Below, piece by piece: positions 46,110 to 58,700 of a stretch of 64,000 nucleotides of DNA. A model generated the notes under the pieces. The model was not told the origin of the DNA and did no database searches. It was given only the letters and a program-made list of their open reading frames with translations. The DNA lies in the NCBI RefSeq assembly GCF_964355755.1, contig NC_092675.1, positions 25,454,912 to 25,518,911 of the forward strand, read 5' to 3'. Each line of letters opens with the position of its first letter. Positions within the stretch are counted from its first letter, which is position 1. The position numbers and the translations under genes are program-made. Source of the stretch: Antedon mediterranea. Its lineage: Eukaryota > Animalia > Echinodermata.

Positions 46110-46332
46110 TGCTGTTCATCATCAGCCTCAAGAGTTCTCCTTTGGGAACCAGAAGAGAAAAGGAAAGTGGGAAGAGCTCAACTGACTTGGCTCGACATTC
46201 TGTTGAAAGATACCAAACTAGACCTGAGTGAACTGAGGACGAGTATGCTTGATAGAGATGTGTGGAGACAAATTATCATGGCACCCACTAAGAATTAAGT
46301 CGTCGTGGGATGACATTAAGTAAGTAAGTAAG
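46110..46332 (+). mobile_element. RTE-clade LINE 3' fragment
   Basis: RVLLWEPEEKRKVGRAQLTWLDILLKDTKLDLSELRTSMLDRDVWRQII followed by a (TAAG)n tail. Confidence 0.75.
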
Positions 46333-46953
46333 ATGCTGTTGATTGTTAATGATGACGTCATATTATAGTATATTGATATGTAATTAGTGAATGTGAAAAT
46401 ACTGTACAGTGCAGAATTAGTTTGAGTTCTTGAGTTATTAAAAATCATATGCAATGCAAAATAATATTTTCTACAAAGTAAAATGTAATACCTTCCATAT
46501 CCTGATGAAATTTATATTACTGTATCTTCAAGAAAAAATTAAACAATTGGGCTAAAACAGTCATCAAAATTATTACTGTATATCTTTGCTGTAAGTCTAT
46601 AACATAGGATGCATGTTAATATTAATATCAAATTTTAAATTATTTTAATAATAATATTATTTAAAAAAATACCCTTTTAGTTTTACTTTATTTACACTAT
46701 TTACATTTATCTAAATAATTTAATAACAATTAAGATTCGTATTAAAGAATGGAAAAAAAATGTTGTACAAAAATAAAACAAGTAAAAAAAAATACATGAC
46801 AAAACAAGTTTAAATACAAGTACTTTTTCTTGAAATTATTGAGAAAAATGAAATGATTGTACAGAAAATTATTTTGTCATACTTACACAATTCCATAATA
46901 AAGACAAATCGTGAAAAACAAGGAAGGGTTATTATTAAATGTTTTTCAGCTTA

Positions 46954-47926
46954 CCCCCACCAGGCATCAATGCATGGAGCATCTTAACACTACAGTTTCG
47001 CTCCACACCACCACCACCAGCTCAAGACGTTTTTTAAGACACGGCTTGATCTCACAAGTGGTGGAATAATAATAAAGATCAAATGTTTGTTCTCTTACCT
47101 GAAGAAGTGTAACTCGTTTTAAATCCAGGTACTTGCTGTAAAACCACAATAATTAGATAATCATCTTCTTTGATGAGCACTGACGTGTTTATATTCTGAT
47201 GCTGCACTACAAAACTAAAGAATATTTCAAGAAGAATTTTCAATACAAGAATTCTTACGATGAGTCATGAGCTATTTTTAAAAAAGCAGCACCGCCGTGG
47301 CGCGATCGATGAAAAATGGAATATCAAAATATCAAGATCGTATAAACACGAAATGGAAATAAACAAAATTATCTGTTACTTACTTACTTACTTACTAAAC
47401 TTAATTTGTAAAATACTTACCAAAAAACGCAAATGCCGGCCTAAATAGTTGTTTTAGTAAGTATTCTTAAAACTTATCTTGCGTGACAAAATATTTTTTG
47501 TTTGGAATGAATTATTTACTACCGTAGTCTTCTACTAACCAGACAACGGGTCAATAATTAACGCGTGGATCAGAAAGACTACTATTAACAGATTATTCTA
47601 TTTGTTTACGGGTTAAAATATTTTAAAATATTAAACGTTTAAAGCAATAACAAACAATTAATTTAAAATACTCGTAATTATTAACTTTATTTAATTTTTC
47701 AGATACGATAAACATTGTTATACGTACATTTGATTTTATCTTCGATATAGTTTATTACCAACTAGGCCTAGACCTACCTAATTGGAAATAGATTGTTCTA
47801 AGAATTTGTTGAACGTTGTTGTTGGCGACAGAAAAATAAGACCAATCAAAATGAAGTTTTATAATTATAACGAAGTTAATTAACTTATTTTTGTGTTTTG
47901 TTTTCTGACTAGTTAAGTAATATGAT
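46954..47926. promoter_or_regulatory. Probable MAP3K1 5'UTR exons and bidirectional promoter shared with the + strand gene
   Basis: Minus-strand donors GGG|GTAAGC (~46954), CAG|GTAAGA (~47098) and TTG|GTAAGT (~47420); CCAAT at 47842-47846; X-box-like sequence at 47815-47829. Confidence 0.45.
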
Positions 47927-50900
47927 ATGCTACAGAAATGTAGTGTTACTGTAAGTATGCGTCATTTACCTTATAATTTGTAGTGTAGCCTAGGCTGTAG
48001 GCTAGAGGAGGCCTACTAGCTAGCCTAGCCTACTTAGTCTTAGTACTGTAACTAGCCTAGGCCTACTACTCTATCTAAAATTCTAGGGCTAGGCTCCTAG
48101 TTAGAGCCTATATTATTATAAGCCCTGGCCTGCCTCTAGTAGGCTGGCTGCTGGTACCGGGTAGCCTACTACTAGGCCTAGTACTACTATAGGCCTAGGG
48201 TTAGACCTATACTAGCCTACTACTAGGCTAGGCCTAGAGCCCAGGCAAGGCAGGCCTAACTAGGTAAGTAGTAGAGTAGGAGGTCAGACAGTACCTAGCT
48301 AGCTGGAGAGAATAGTCATCATTGACATTATCCTTATGATTTAAATTATGTTTATGTTTTACTTTTTTTAAATGTATTATTATTGTAGGAGTTTGAGCAT
48401 GTAAACTTGGACAAAATTAATCCATGGAAAATGTCTGCAGAAAGATCATTACTGACCTTAGACTATGTTCACTTGAAAGGAAAACAATATTCAAGAGAAC
48501 ATGGAAAGGTGAATTTGATTTTTTATCAATATTTCTATTGATTGTTAAAGTTCATAACTGTAAATGTATTTTAAAATATATATTAGAAATGTTGAATTAA
48601 TATTGCGATTAACTTAAATTTATAATAATAATAAATAATAATATCCTAAATCTTGAAAGAATTTCATTTAGCTTCGATTTTGTATAGATGACAAATTTCG
48701 TTTTTGTAAAAGCACAAGTTAACGGAGTACTTACTCGAACGTTTCGATCTCTATCAGAGATCCTTCTCAACTGACTGTGGAGTGTTAATGCAGCTTGGTC
48801 ATTCTTGACGTCATCTGTTGATGACGTCGTACGCCTCCGGTTGTAGGTTGGAGGACAGAGAGATTAGAGAATCATTACATTTAAGGAGAAATAAGGAGAA
48901 GACCATGAACCGGGACACTGGAGCCCACGAACTCTCGCATTTGTACAATGATTTGATAGACACATCACCTGGCCGAGCCCCGCACAACCTCCAACCTACA
49001 ACCGGAGGCGTACGACGTCATCAACAGATGACGTCAAGAATGACCAAGCTGCATTAACACTCCGCAGTCAGTTGAGAAGGATCTCTGATAGAGATCGAAA
49101 CGTTCGAGTAAGTACTCCGTTAACTTGTGCTTTTACAAAAACGAAATTTGTCATCAATAATATCCTAGATTTATTTAATGCCTAATGTTGTGAAACCACT
49201 AATGACATTCAATTAAAAAAAAATATATATAAATGCCATTCTTCTAAATGGACACCTTATCCTCATCATGTTTAAGGAAACACTGTATTTGTGTACTAAA
49301 TACAACTTTTTTGTAAATGTTACTACAGCGATTTTGTAAACGCACACTTGGGGATATGGAAAAGTTCCATCAGATAGTCCCACCAAAATCTAGCAATAAG
49401 TTGTTTTCTACAATGATGTCCCTGGAATTTGATGAAACGAGGGCAGTAAATGATTTGACAGCAAAGCGTATTATAAAGAACCAAAGAGCACAAATTAAGA
49501 ACACATTTTCCAGTAAACTCAGGTAAAGTATTTTTATTATTACATTTTATTACTACTAACTTAATTTAGATACAGTACTGTAGTTTCTGAAACTAATAAT
49601 ATAATACTGTATATACAGTACTATACGTTCTTCTTTCAATAGACTCCAATTACTTAGTATATTATATGTAAATTCTCCTATTCTTCAAATATGTGAATTG
49701 ATTTAATAGAAGCTGTCAGTTGGAAGAATGGAGAAGTATGCCTGACAAACAGAATCAGAAGAATAAGAAGAGGGCGTCCACTATGAACATGAATACAAAT
49801 GCAAGACCAGGAACTGCTGGTCCTATGAATACAGCCAATATTGCTATGGTGCCCTCTATAGCTGTTAGGCCATTTTCAACAGGTAATATAGTATACTATA
49901 AGTAGTGGAGCTGTAGTTTGGTGGTTAACATGCTTGCTTTTCAATCCCAAGTTCAATCATAGAAATATTACTATGGTTCAATGAACTAGTGCCAGGGTTG
50001 TAACTCACAACTCTTTCAACTCCACTCCCTAAGCCTCTAAGACTTATTAATTATAAACGTAGCTTATCCATCCTGTAATAGGCGAGTTTCTTGCTGTCGG
50101 ATGCGTATGAATTTATATGATTAAAGTATGAGTCTTACGTTTGAAAAGAAGTTTAGTTAATCTAAAATGTTATTTCGTTGATAATTAGGGCCAAGAATAA
50201 GATCTCCTAAAAAACAAGTGAAAAATGAATATGTTCGTGTTCCTAACAAGGAAATGGGAAGCTTTAGAGACATAGATATTCGTAAGGTAGCCAATGAATT
50301 GCGTCAAAGCTGGGCCAAAGAAGATAAATCAGAGGACGTGAAGACCCCACAGAAACATATCAAAAGTGCAGAGCTGTCACGTTATGATATGTCAGGACAG
50401 TGGCTTAGTTTTGCTGGTGGTGGATCAGAAGAAAGCGGTGTGGTCGATGCATTTTTAGGTATGGTAACTAAATCAGTCTCTTAAAATTTGATTTTCTGAT
50501 GTTTGGTTGTTCATTAACAAAGTAATAGTTAAGAATATTTTTTTTATTTATTTGATTATGTTTATTTGAAAGGTAAAGATGTTGATGAGTACTACAACAT
50601 AGAAGGACAAATAGGAAATTTGGTTGCTAATCAGGTAACCAAGGGCAACAAGGTGCATGTGTGTATCAATGGAGAATTGCAATCAGAAAACATGAGAATT
50701 AAAGCACGTAAAGGAGAAGAAAGGTATGATGAGAAATGAAGATTTAGTACTATAGAACCCTCCTTTGGGACAGGATAACCCTACTAATTGGGTACACTTT
50801 TCTGTAAAACAAACAAGAGGCAATTTATATTTTAACACTAATGCAATTGAGAGGAAACCTCCATTAAGAAGTTTCAAAAGTGTGTCCTTAATTATTATAG

Positions 50901-52758
50901 TGGTTCTACTGTGATTATTATGTTTATAAGTTAGTTTTATGAGCCTTTCTTACTTAGTGTTTTTAAAAGAGAATAAAAAGTTTGTCTGTAAATTTTTTAT
51001 TTTATGCAACTATTCATACCATAACTTTTACATTGTATATTTCTTATTTAACTTAACTTAATGTTCTATTTCAGTAAAGGAAAGCCATCTTCACAGGATT
51101 CTGAAGCTGAAGTTGCAAATAAGGCTCCTCCCAGTGTCATTAAGAAAACAGAAGCAAGCAGTCGAGTACCTCTCAGCTGGGAAGATCAAATTACATGTTC
51201 TTCTGTCAAAATCTTAGAACCTACTGTACTTCAGCCTACTACTTTCAAAAAGGTAAAGGCTATTTTTGTATTTACATCTCAACATATTCCCAATTAACTA
51301 TAAAACTACTTTCAGACAGTTTTTTCTGAAAGAAAGAATTTGTTTTGTACATATTAGTGATTTTGGGGTTTATTCATTTTTTTCTCTCTTTAGGACATGA
51401 CTGAGAGGTATCCAGTAATATTTAAGAAATTAACAACTGAAGAGAAACCTCGGCCGGATTTAATGAAACCTAGCTCATATCGTGTGCGATCACGTACAAA
51501 GAACCGAAAAAATGTCAACGGAATTGAAAGTTTAAATAATCGTATTACAGTGATCACTGTTGATCAGGGCAATGATGATGACGTCGATTCTTTAGCTTCA
51601 GAAGACTATCAAGAAATCCTGCAGAGACGATTAGAGGCAAGCGAAAAGCCCCAAGATGAAAAGAAAGAACTTGAAAAAGAAACTTGTAATGCTCAGAGTG
51701 AACTCAAGGAAAAATGCAGTAAAGAAGTATTCCAAAGCAAATCGTCGACATCTCATTGCAGCATTGATCGAACCAGCAAGGAAACTTTAGTAAGTATAAC
51801 AGAGAAGCCATTACCTCCCGCAGCATCCTCCACAAGTTCAAGTTTAATTAATCTTGTTGCTCAAGGATCAAATCCAAAACTTCAAACCCGTCCACCATCT
51901 AGTAGTGTGATTAGTAGTAAGAGGGTTGGTAGTTCGAAGAGCAATTCTGTACAAGAGGAAAGACAAAGTCACAGTGCATCACAGCGACCTCAATTGTCCA
52001 AACCAGATCAACTTCCATGCAGTGGATCTGCCATGAGAGATAGGGGAAAGGAGTTTGTATCAATATCACAACAGATAAGACTGCCTACAGGTGTTTTACT
52101 GAAAAAGCAAAGAAGCTCTCCGGAATTGAAAATCTCTTCACCAGAAATTCATCATGACTTTTCTGGAGATGAACTTGATGATGTATCTATTGGACAGCTG
52201 TCGCATGTCAATAGTATGGGAAGTTTAGATTCTTTGATTGCTGCTAATGGAAATAATGACCAATCGGATCATGACCATCACAATTGCACATGTACAGTAG
52301 AAGCAAAAATGGCAGTATCTGCTGTCTTGTCCAGCACTCCACATCAAACAGTGCCTTCCACAATCATCAATGTCAATTTACCAACAGTCCAGATGAGTGT
52401 AAGTGACTCAATGTCAGACTTGTATCTTTGTACATCTGGTGTTTCATTTCAAGATCATTCTCATCATCAAATTATGGAAAAACTAAATAATGAGATGAAC
52501 AAATCTGAAGAACATGTTGCTTCATCTAAACAATTGACAGATGAAACAAATGGCAGTGAAGTAGACATGATCATTAATCAAGTTGATGGGCTATCTATAT
52601 CTCCTGAAGCTTTCCAGAGTCAACAAGAAACACAAACTTTTGCAAAAAGACCACGTAGTGTGAAATTTCAGGATGAAGTAATTGTAAATACTCCAAACGT
52701 GCCAACCAATTCTCCGAGAGCTGAAGAAGAAGTCTCCAATTTCAGCTCTCGGTCGTAG
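47927..52758 (+). CDS. Uncharacterised protein, ~824 aa, with a long Ser-rich, probably disordered C-terminal half
   Basis: Exons 47927-47950, 48389-48508, 49329-49522, 49710-49882, 50189-50458, 50573-50723, 51075-51252, 51394-52758 join with consistent phases (2475 nt). The start could instead be the ATG at 48431. No domain recognised. Confidence 0.8.
47985..48305. repeat. CTAG/AGGCCT-rich low-complexity tract in the first intron
   Basis: Dense TAGGCCTA, CTAG and TACTAG words immediately after the first donor. Confidence 0.85.
48649..49155 (+). mobile_element. Penelope-like element remnant with inverted pseudo-LTR
   Basis: 168-bp inverted arms 48687-48854 / 48988-49155 (1 mismatch seen); the loop encodes REIRESLHLRRNKEKTMNRDTGAHELSHLYNDLI, resembling the GIY-YIG C-terminus (E...NRDxG) of Penelope-like elements; AATAATATCCTA duplicated at 48637-48648 and 49156-49167. 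Confidence 0.85.
49068..49110 (+). ncRNA. Minimal hammerhead-ribozyme-like motif (mirrored on the minus strand at ~48732-48774)
   Basis: TTGAGAAG-GATCTCT-gat-AGAGATC-GAAA-CGTT: variant core, 7-bp stem II, GAAA and palindromic AACGTT stem III, at the pseudo-LTR position typical of Penelope-like elements. Confidence 0.55.
49906..50125 (+). mobile_element. Degenerate tRNA-derived SINE-like fragment
   Basis: GGAGCTGTAGTTTGGTGGTTAACATGCTTGCTTTTCAATC...GTTCAATC head resembles decayed A/B boxes. Confidence 0.4.
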
Positions 52759-55709
52759 CTTCACATATGACTGGTACTGTACATTTTGATTAACTTGCAG
52801 TACAGTGTATGATGGTAATGTTTCCTACTGTACAGCTTAATATACTCCATGCAAAGCTTCTAGATAACAGGGTTCTCTTCTCAATTTGGGTTTTAAAATG
52901 ATGTTTTCATCTACCTTTAAATTTTGTATACAAAGTTAAATTTAAAATAAGTATACTTTAATATTGTTTAGTTCAACAATGCTTTTTTTGCTTTCAATTA
53001 TTTTAATTAAATTATTACCAAGTTGTAGTCTTCCATCTTTAACTAAAAAAGTTTACATTCCAGAAAATAGCTTTTAATTTAATACTACAGTTAATAATAA
53101 CTCTTCCAGTTAATGATAACTTCAATTTTCTAAATAATTTATGTAAACTTCATATAGCATTAATTTTCTTATAAAATGTATTGTTTTTGCCATTTATGCT
53201 TTCAAGATTAAAGATACTGTTTTAAATATTTAAAAAACTAGAGCTATAGGAAAAAACAAATCGCACAAGTTTTTCTCAAATTTGTTATTGCTAGAGCCAA
53301 ATCTGCCACTGTGTAATCATAGTTTGTGTCTATTTACACTGTCAAGAAAACACACAAGGCTATTTAACAGGCTACATTATTTCTGTGTCCTGGTTATGAA
53401 CTCACATTTTTGCTGGCAGTTGGAATGAGGTACAGGTATTAGATATTATTCATAATGTTAACCATTTATTTTTATAGTTACATTTTTATGTAAATATTTA
53501 TTAGAGGTTTTTGTTAATTCGTTTATGTTTTCAATATTTTAAACTTTGCCAAAGATATTTTAGAACCTAGAATTCCAACAGTTTGAATAAAAACATGCGA
53601 AATAATTGAATTTTTGCTTTTGATTATACAGTATTTCTTATAGTTTTGAAATAAAAATGTATTATTTTATGGAGTTTTAAAATCAACGAGAAACAATGCT
53701 AATATTGTATATTTATCCAATAACTTTACAACTCTCAATTAAAACATATTAAAAAAATTAAGCCAGATTCCCAGTCACATAATTCAACGCAAGGATATAC
53801 GTACTGTACACGCAACTATAGTAAAAACAAAACATTTTAAAAACTAATGGCAGTGAAAAGAGTATTGTACAGTAAGCTGAACACATAGTATTTTTAGTTG
53901 AGTTAAGAAATCAATCATATTGCAAACCAAACAAGAACAAATAGTCATCATGTCTACCATAAACATTTAATTTTACAACTTTTTAAAGGTATAAATTACA
54001 GTAACACATCACATATTGCTAATATTTTCAAAAGCATTTTTGGTATCACCCTTAAAAATGGAACTAATGTATTGGCCTGCACACATTCATCAAGTTTTTG
54101 TCGCATCTCAAACCTAGCTTTCACATTGATACACAACATGAAATATTACTACGCAAATCATACAAACTACATTAAGTCACAAATTCAAGATTTTTTAGAG
54201 AACATTAATGTCATTTTAAATTTTAATTTGACGCGTTTGATACATAACACCACAGTTGCTAGAAAAATGTTTGTCCAAAGAATTTGATTATAGTATTTGT
54301 TTAAACCATTTCTTTTTGGTAGTAATGTCTTTCTCAAAATAATATGGTACGTTGAGTTTATAATGAGCCACCAGAAATGAGTGTTTCTTTTAAATAATGA
54401 CAATGTAGCGTGTCTGTGTAATGGCATTATGGAAATGAAATTAAAATCAACATACTAAAATGAACCCTGTATGCATTGTTATAGCATGGCTGATAATAGA
54501 ATACTTGCTTCAATATTGCATCACAAAGTATTTTTGGATAAGTTATATGCCAATATTAATATATTAATGCCGTAATACTATAATCTATCATCAGCAAATG
54601 TTAAGAATTTGGAATGTTATATCTATTTACTTTTTGAAGTAGCACATAAATATTTCTTCTTTTTAATACAAATTATAAATATTTTTAAAATATTAAAATA
54701 GGATGTTTAAGACCATATAAAGTTAAAAATGTATAAAAATGTAAACTGATATATGTACCCAAAACTTTTAAAGTGTATGTTAAGAACATATTCACTGTTG
54801 ATTGCTTGAGTTGTATGGCAAGAATGTAATCTTTGTGTAGTTTTGCTCTTATAGAGTCGCAGTTAATTAAAATCAAAACATTAAGTCAACATAATTGTTT
54901 AAAATACAATCTAGAAATTTTGAGCCATCAAATAAGTTACTTAGACAGACTTTTCTCTGGTTTTGGTACAATAAATTGTAGCACAATATTGCCTGGAGCA
55001 TGGGTTCTGGATATTATAGTTGCTATATTAATTGTTATACACTATACTATAATTGGATTAAGCTGACATTCAGTAAACCTTCAATTAAAAGCACAAAGAT
55101 ATACCCTTTTCAGATTGTTACAAGTTGTTCGATCTCCCGGCTTATTACACATTTTCACACACGCATACGCGAACCTTGTGAAATCGCTTGTGCTATTTGA
55201 TTACTATGATTGGTCAGTTTAATACCAGGGCAATACATTTGCATGCAGTAAGAACTTGGAACATCTAGGAACAAAAACAAGCCTCTCATCAGTGTGTTTT
55301 TCTCCTGAGATTTCACAAGGTTTGTTACAAGTTGTTACATTTTGCAGATGTGAAAAGGGGAAATAAAACATTGTATACCAGATGTTAGTAAAATTAATGT
55401 TTGACAGCAGGGATAATGTTTTTGCAACTCCAGTGTTAATAATACAAATATAAAATACCAAATTCTGATGGTGTGAATACAATTTCAGTAAGAACTAAAA
55501 CACCAAAGAATAAATTAAATAGATTAAATCAATCCCTGAACATTAAGATATTTTAAAGATGTAAGCATCACATTCCTTATCAATTTATTTCAACACAACA
55601 CAATTACGTTAACTAAAAGCACATGGAACGCCAATCGGGACAAATAAAACGGTTGTTTAGAGACTATAGTACATGAAACTAGGTTTTCTAGTACACTCGG
55701 TCAGAAACA

Positions 55710-58700
55710 TTATTGTTTCTTGAAGAAGTCTTTACTCTGATTCACAGTTGGTTTTATTGTGTCATCACCTGGTCTCCAATTGGCTGGGCACACTGAAAAT
55801 AAAGCAAATATTGGAAGAGTTATGTGAAGGGTTGTGGCTGGGCTTTATTTGTATCTATCTGTAGAAGATTTATGGTTTTATTAGTTGTATTACAATCTAA
55901 TGAAACCGGTTAAGTATATGTAATCCAATGAAACAGATTAATTTTGTGAAAAATGTTGCTACACATTGTGTATTCCACTGGTCACTCCCAAACATTCTGC
56001 AGTTAGCTTCTCCCATTGCTCACATAAACAGTGAGATGTTTGAAGAGCTACATCTGCTGATTAACTCGAAACAGTTGGATATTGAATTAACAAACTTTAA
56101 TTGAATTTAAAACAAAAAACTCCTGAGATTCATTCATTCACGAGAGGTGTAGTTGTAAAATAAATGACACAGTGGAAGATGCAAAGAAAGTCAATGTATA
56201 GTACCTTCACCATGCTCATCTGTATACTGGAATGCCTTCACAAGCCGCAGTGTTTCATCAACTGATCTACCGACAGGGAGGTCATTAATGGTGATCTGAC
56301 GCAGAATTCCTTTGTCATCGATGATAAATAAACCCCTACAAATATGAAGGATGTATAAACGTTAATACTAGAAGATAATCTTTATTGTTTAGTAGTCTTT
56401 AAGGTGTCAATATACTTACTATGCTTACATGCTTGTTTGAACTGAAAATGATAACTTATTCAAAGACTATAATGATAAAATCACTTATTCAAAGACTACT
56501 GAGTGTTTGAAATACTCAATTGTTTAATTACTGTGTATTTGAGATAGTAGTGGTTACCTGTAAGATCAAATTTAAAATCACTTATTCAGAGACTACAATA
56601 CTAAACATTCTTATTCAAAGACTATGATGTATGACGTGATTTACAACATAGTTGATATATTGATGCATTCTAATCAACATACACATTCCTTGTATCTTTC
56701 TAATTAAATAAAACCGAAACTTCAGATTTTGGCTTTGATGTATTGTTAAACAGACTGTAAACTTATATTGCATTGGATGTGTTCAAATGCGACAATATAG
56801 TTTTATTTACATTAAGATAAAATCTTGTTATGCAAGACTGCTGATTAACTGCAGGTGTAAATGATTAAGAGATACTATTTATGGAAGAATTGTATCATTA
56901 GTCACAATGGATAGTAATTAGACCTCAGTTCTTTCAATGCTACATGTCCGGTACTTTATGAACAGCAATTACAAAGTAGTTATTATTCACATTATTACTC
57001 CTCACCATAGAAATGTCATGTATTGTTTTATCATTCTATCTGTTTAGTTTTTAGATTACGATTATGATCATTATGTAGAATAGAACCCTTCCGCCTATTA
57101 GTATTAAGAGGACAATTTCCCTGTGTAATAAATGATGGGAAATATATGTTTCAACACTATATCCAACTCTATTAAGGGTGTATCATTGGGATGTGTTGTT
57201 ACCTTAATTCGAGTTTCTTATTTCATTTTATTCATTTATTAATTTTGAATTTAAAACATGGCATATTGACCCGTAGGAAGACCAAGAAATAACTGGATGA
57301 ATCAAATAAAGAAAGACTTACAAGAACTAGTAGACACTAACACAATAACAAACCATCCTGCCATAAACAGAAAAAAATGGAAACAAATTGTGGAAAGCGT
57401 AATGTCGGAAGACGGAAAACGTTAGCAACATATTGAACAATATAAAGAATAGAATTGAGGGAAATAATGAGCAATATAGAATATAGTTGAGAATAAAGTA
57501 GAGAGAGGGTATAGCAGCATGAAATGAGTGACCACATGGAAAAGCTGATTAAACTAGCATAGCAATGACCTGATTGTCATCATAACCCTTACATTATTCT
57601 TACCTGAATGAAACACCATCATCTTCAATGTACACACCATAGTCTTTGGCAATCTTACAGTTCTTATCAGCTAATAAAGGAATCTTCATCTTACCAAGTC
57701 CACCTTCTTTCCTTGGAGTATTGACCCTAATAAAACATCAAATTAAATATGGGTATGGTTTGTGGACTGTACCATTTATGGAGAGGGGTGTTCAATGAAT
57801 TTTCGAGTATATCTCGCTCTTCACCTCACATGGCATTTGTCAGTTTATCCAGGTAAGCTAGTCATGAAATATACTAAATAATTAACAAAATGGATTCCCT
57901 GGAATTGTTAGACCAAGAACAGAAACAAGATGTTAAAAACATTAATATTGTCATGTTTATCTATTTTTGGAAGTTAAATTTTAATATTTAAAATCTGTCC
58001 TTACCATGCAAGATGACTAAAATGAGAATCACATGAACAAGCGATGACTTCACAATTAATATCTTTAAACTCATTGACTCGATCACTGAAAGCAATCAGC
58101 TCTGTTGGACACACAAATGTACTGAAAATATTGATAACAAATCATAAGAGTCCAAGAAAACAGTAGACAGTAAAAAAAAACAGTAAAAAGTACAACTAGA
58201 AAATCCTAAAGGCCGGTTTTTATTGACCAATTAAAACAATTTTACTTCAAAACTGGTGTTGACTGTTGGTTAGAACAAAGTTACATTTTCACAAAATAAA
58301 CAAGTTATCTCATTTTATGATCAATTGTGTTGTAATCTGCAGAGTTGCTCTAGCTTGACAATGGAAACCGGTTCAATTGGATCTTTTAAATCATTTTAAG
58401 ATCAGTGGTTTTGAATTTTGTGGTTTTTTTGTGTGGATCTCAATAGGAACAGATCAATCAATCAATCAAAGAGGTCTCTAAGATTATCTTTGACAAATTG
58501 AATGGACTTCATTTAAAAAAATATAAAATTTCAATAATGTTAAGGTCAGAAAGTCACCTAAACCCTCAACTTGCACTTTTTAATAAGGTGAACAATCTAT
58601 TCTTTTTGTGATTGGTTTTTTTTTATATATGCAGTCTCAATGGGTGTCGGTAATTGCTTCAAGGTTTAGATTTTTAAAAGAAGCTATAAATTAAAATTAT

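Noticed and set aside
53000-55500. Several 60-90 aa ORFs between the unknown gene and the peroxiredoxin
   Set aside because: AT-rich convergent 3'UTR/intergenic sequence; no splice-consistent model or recognisable motifs.
56452-56625. Degenerate ~30-bp repeats (CTTATTCAAAGACTA) as a possible intronic snoRNA or array
   Set aside because: No C/D or H/ACA arrangement; looks like local slippage duplication, as do 6785-6941, 18806-19030, 59664-59733 and 61176-61386.
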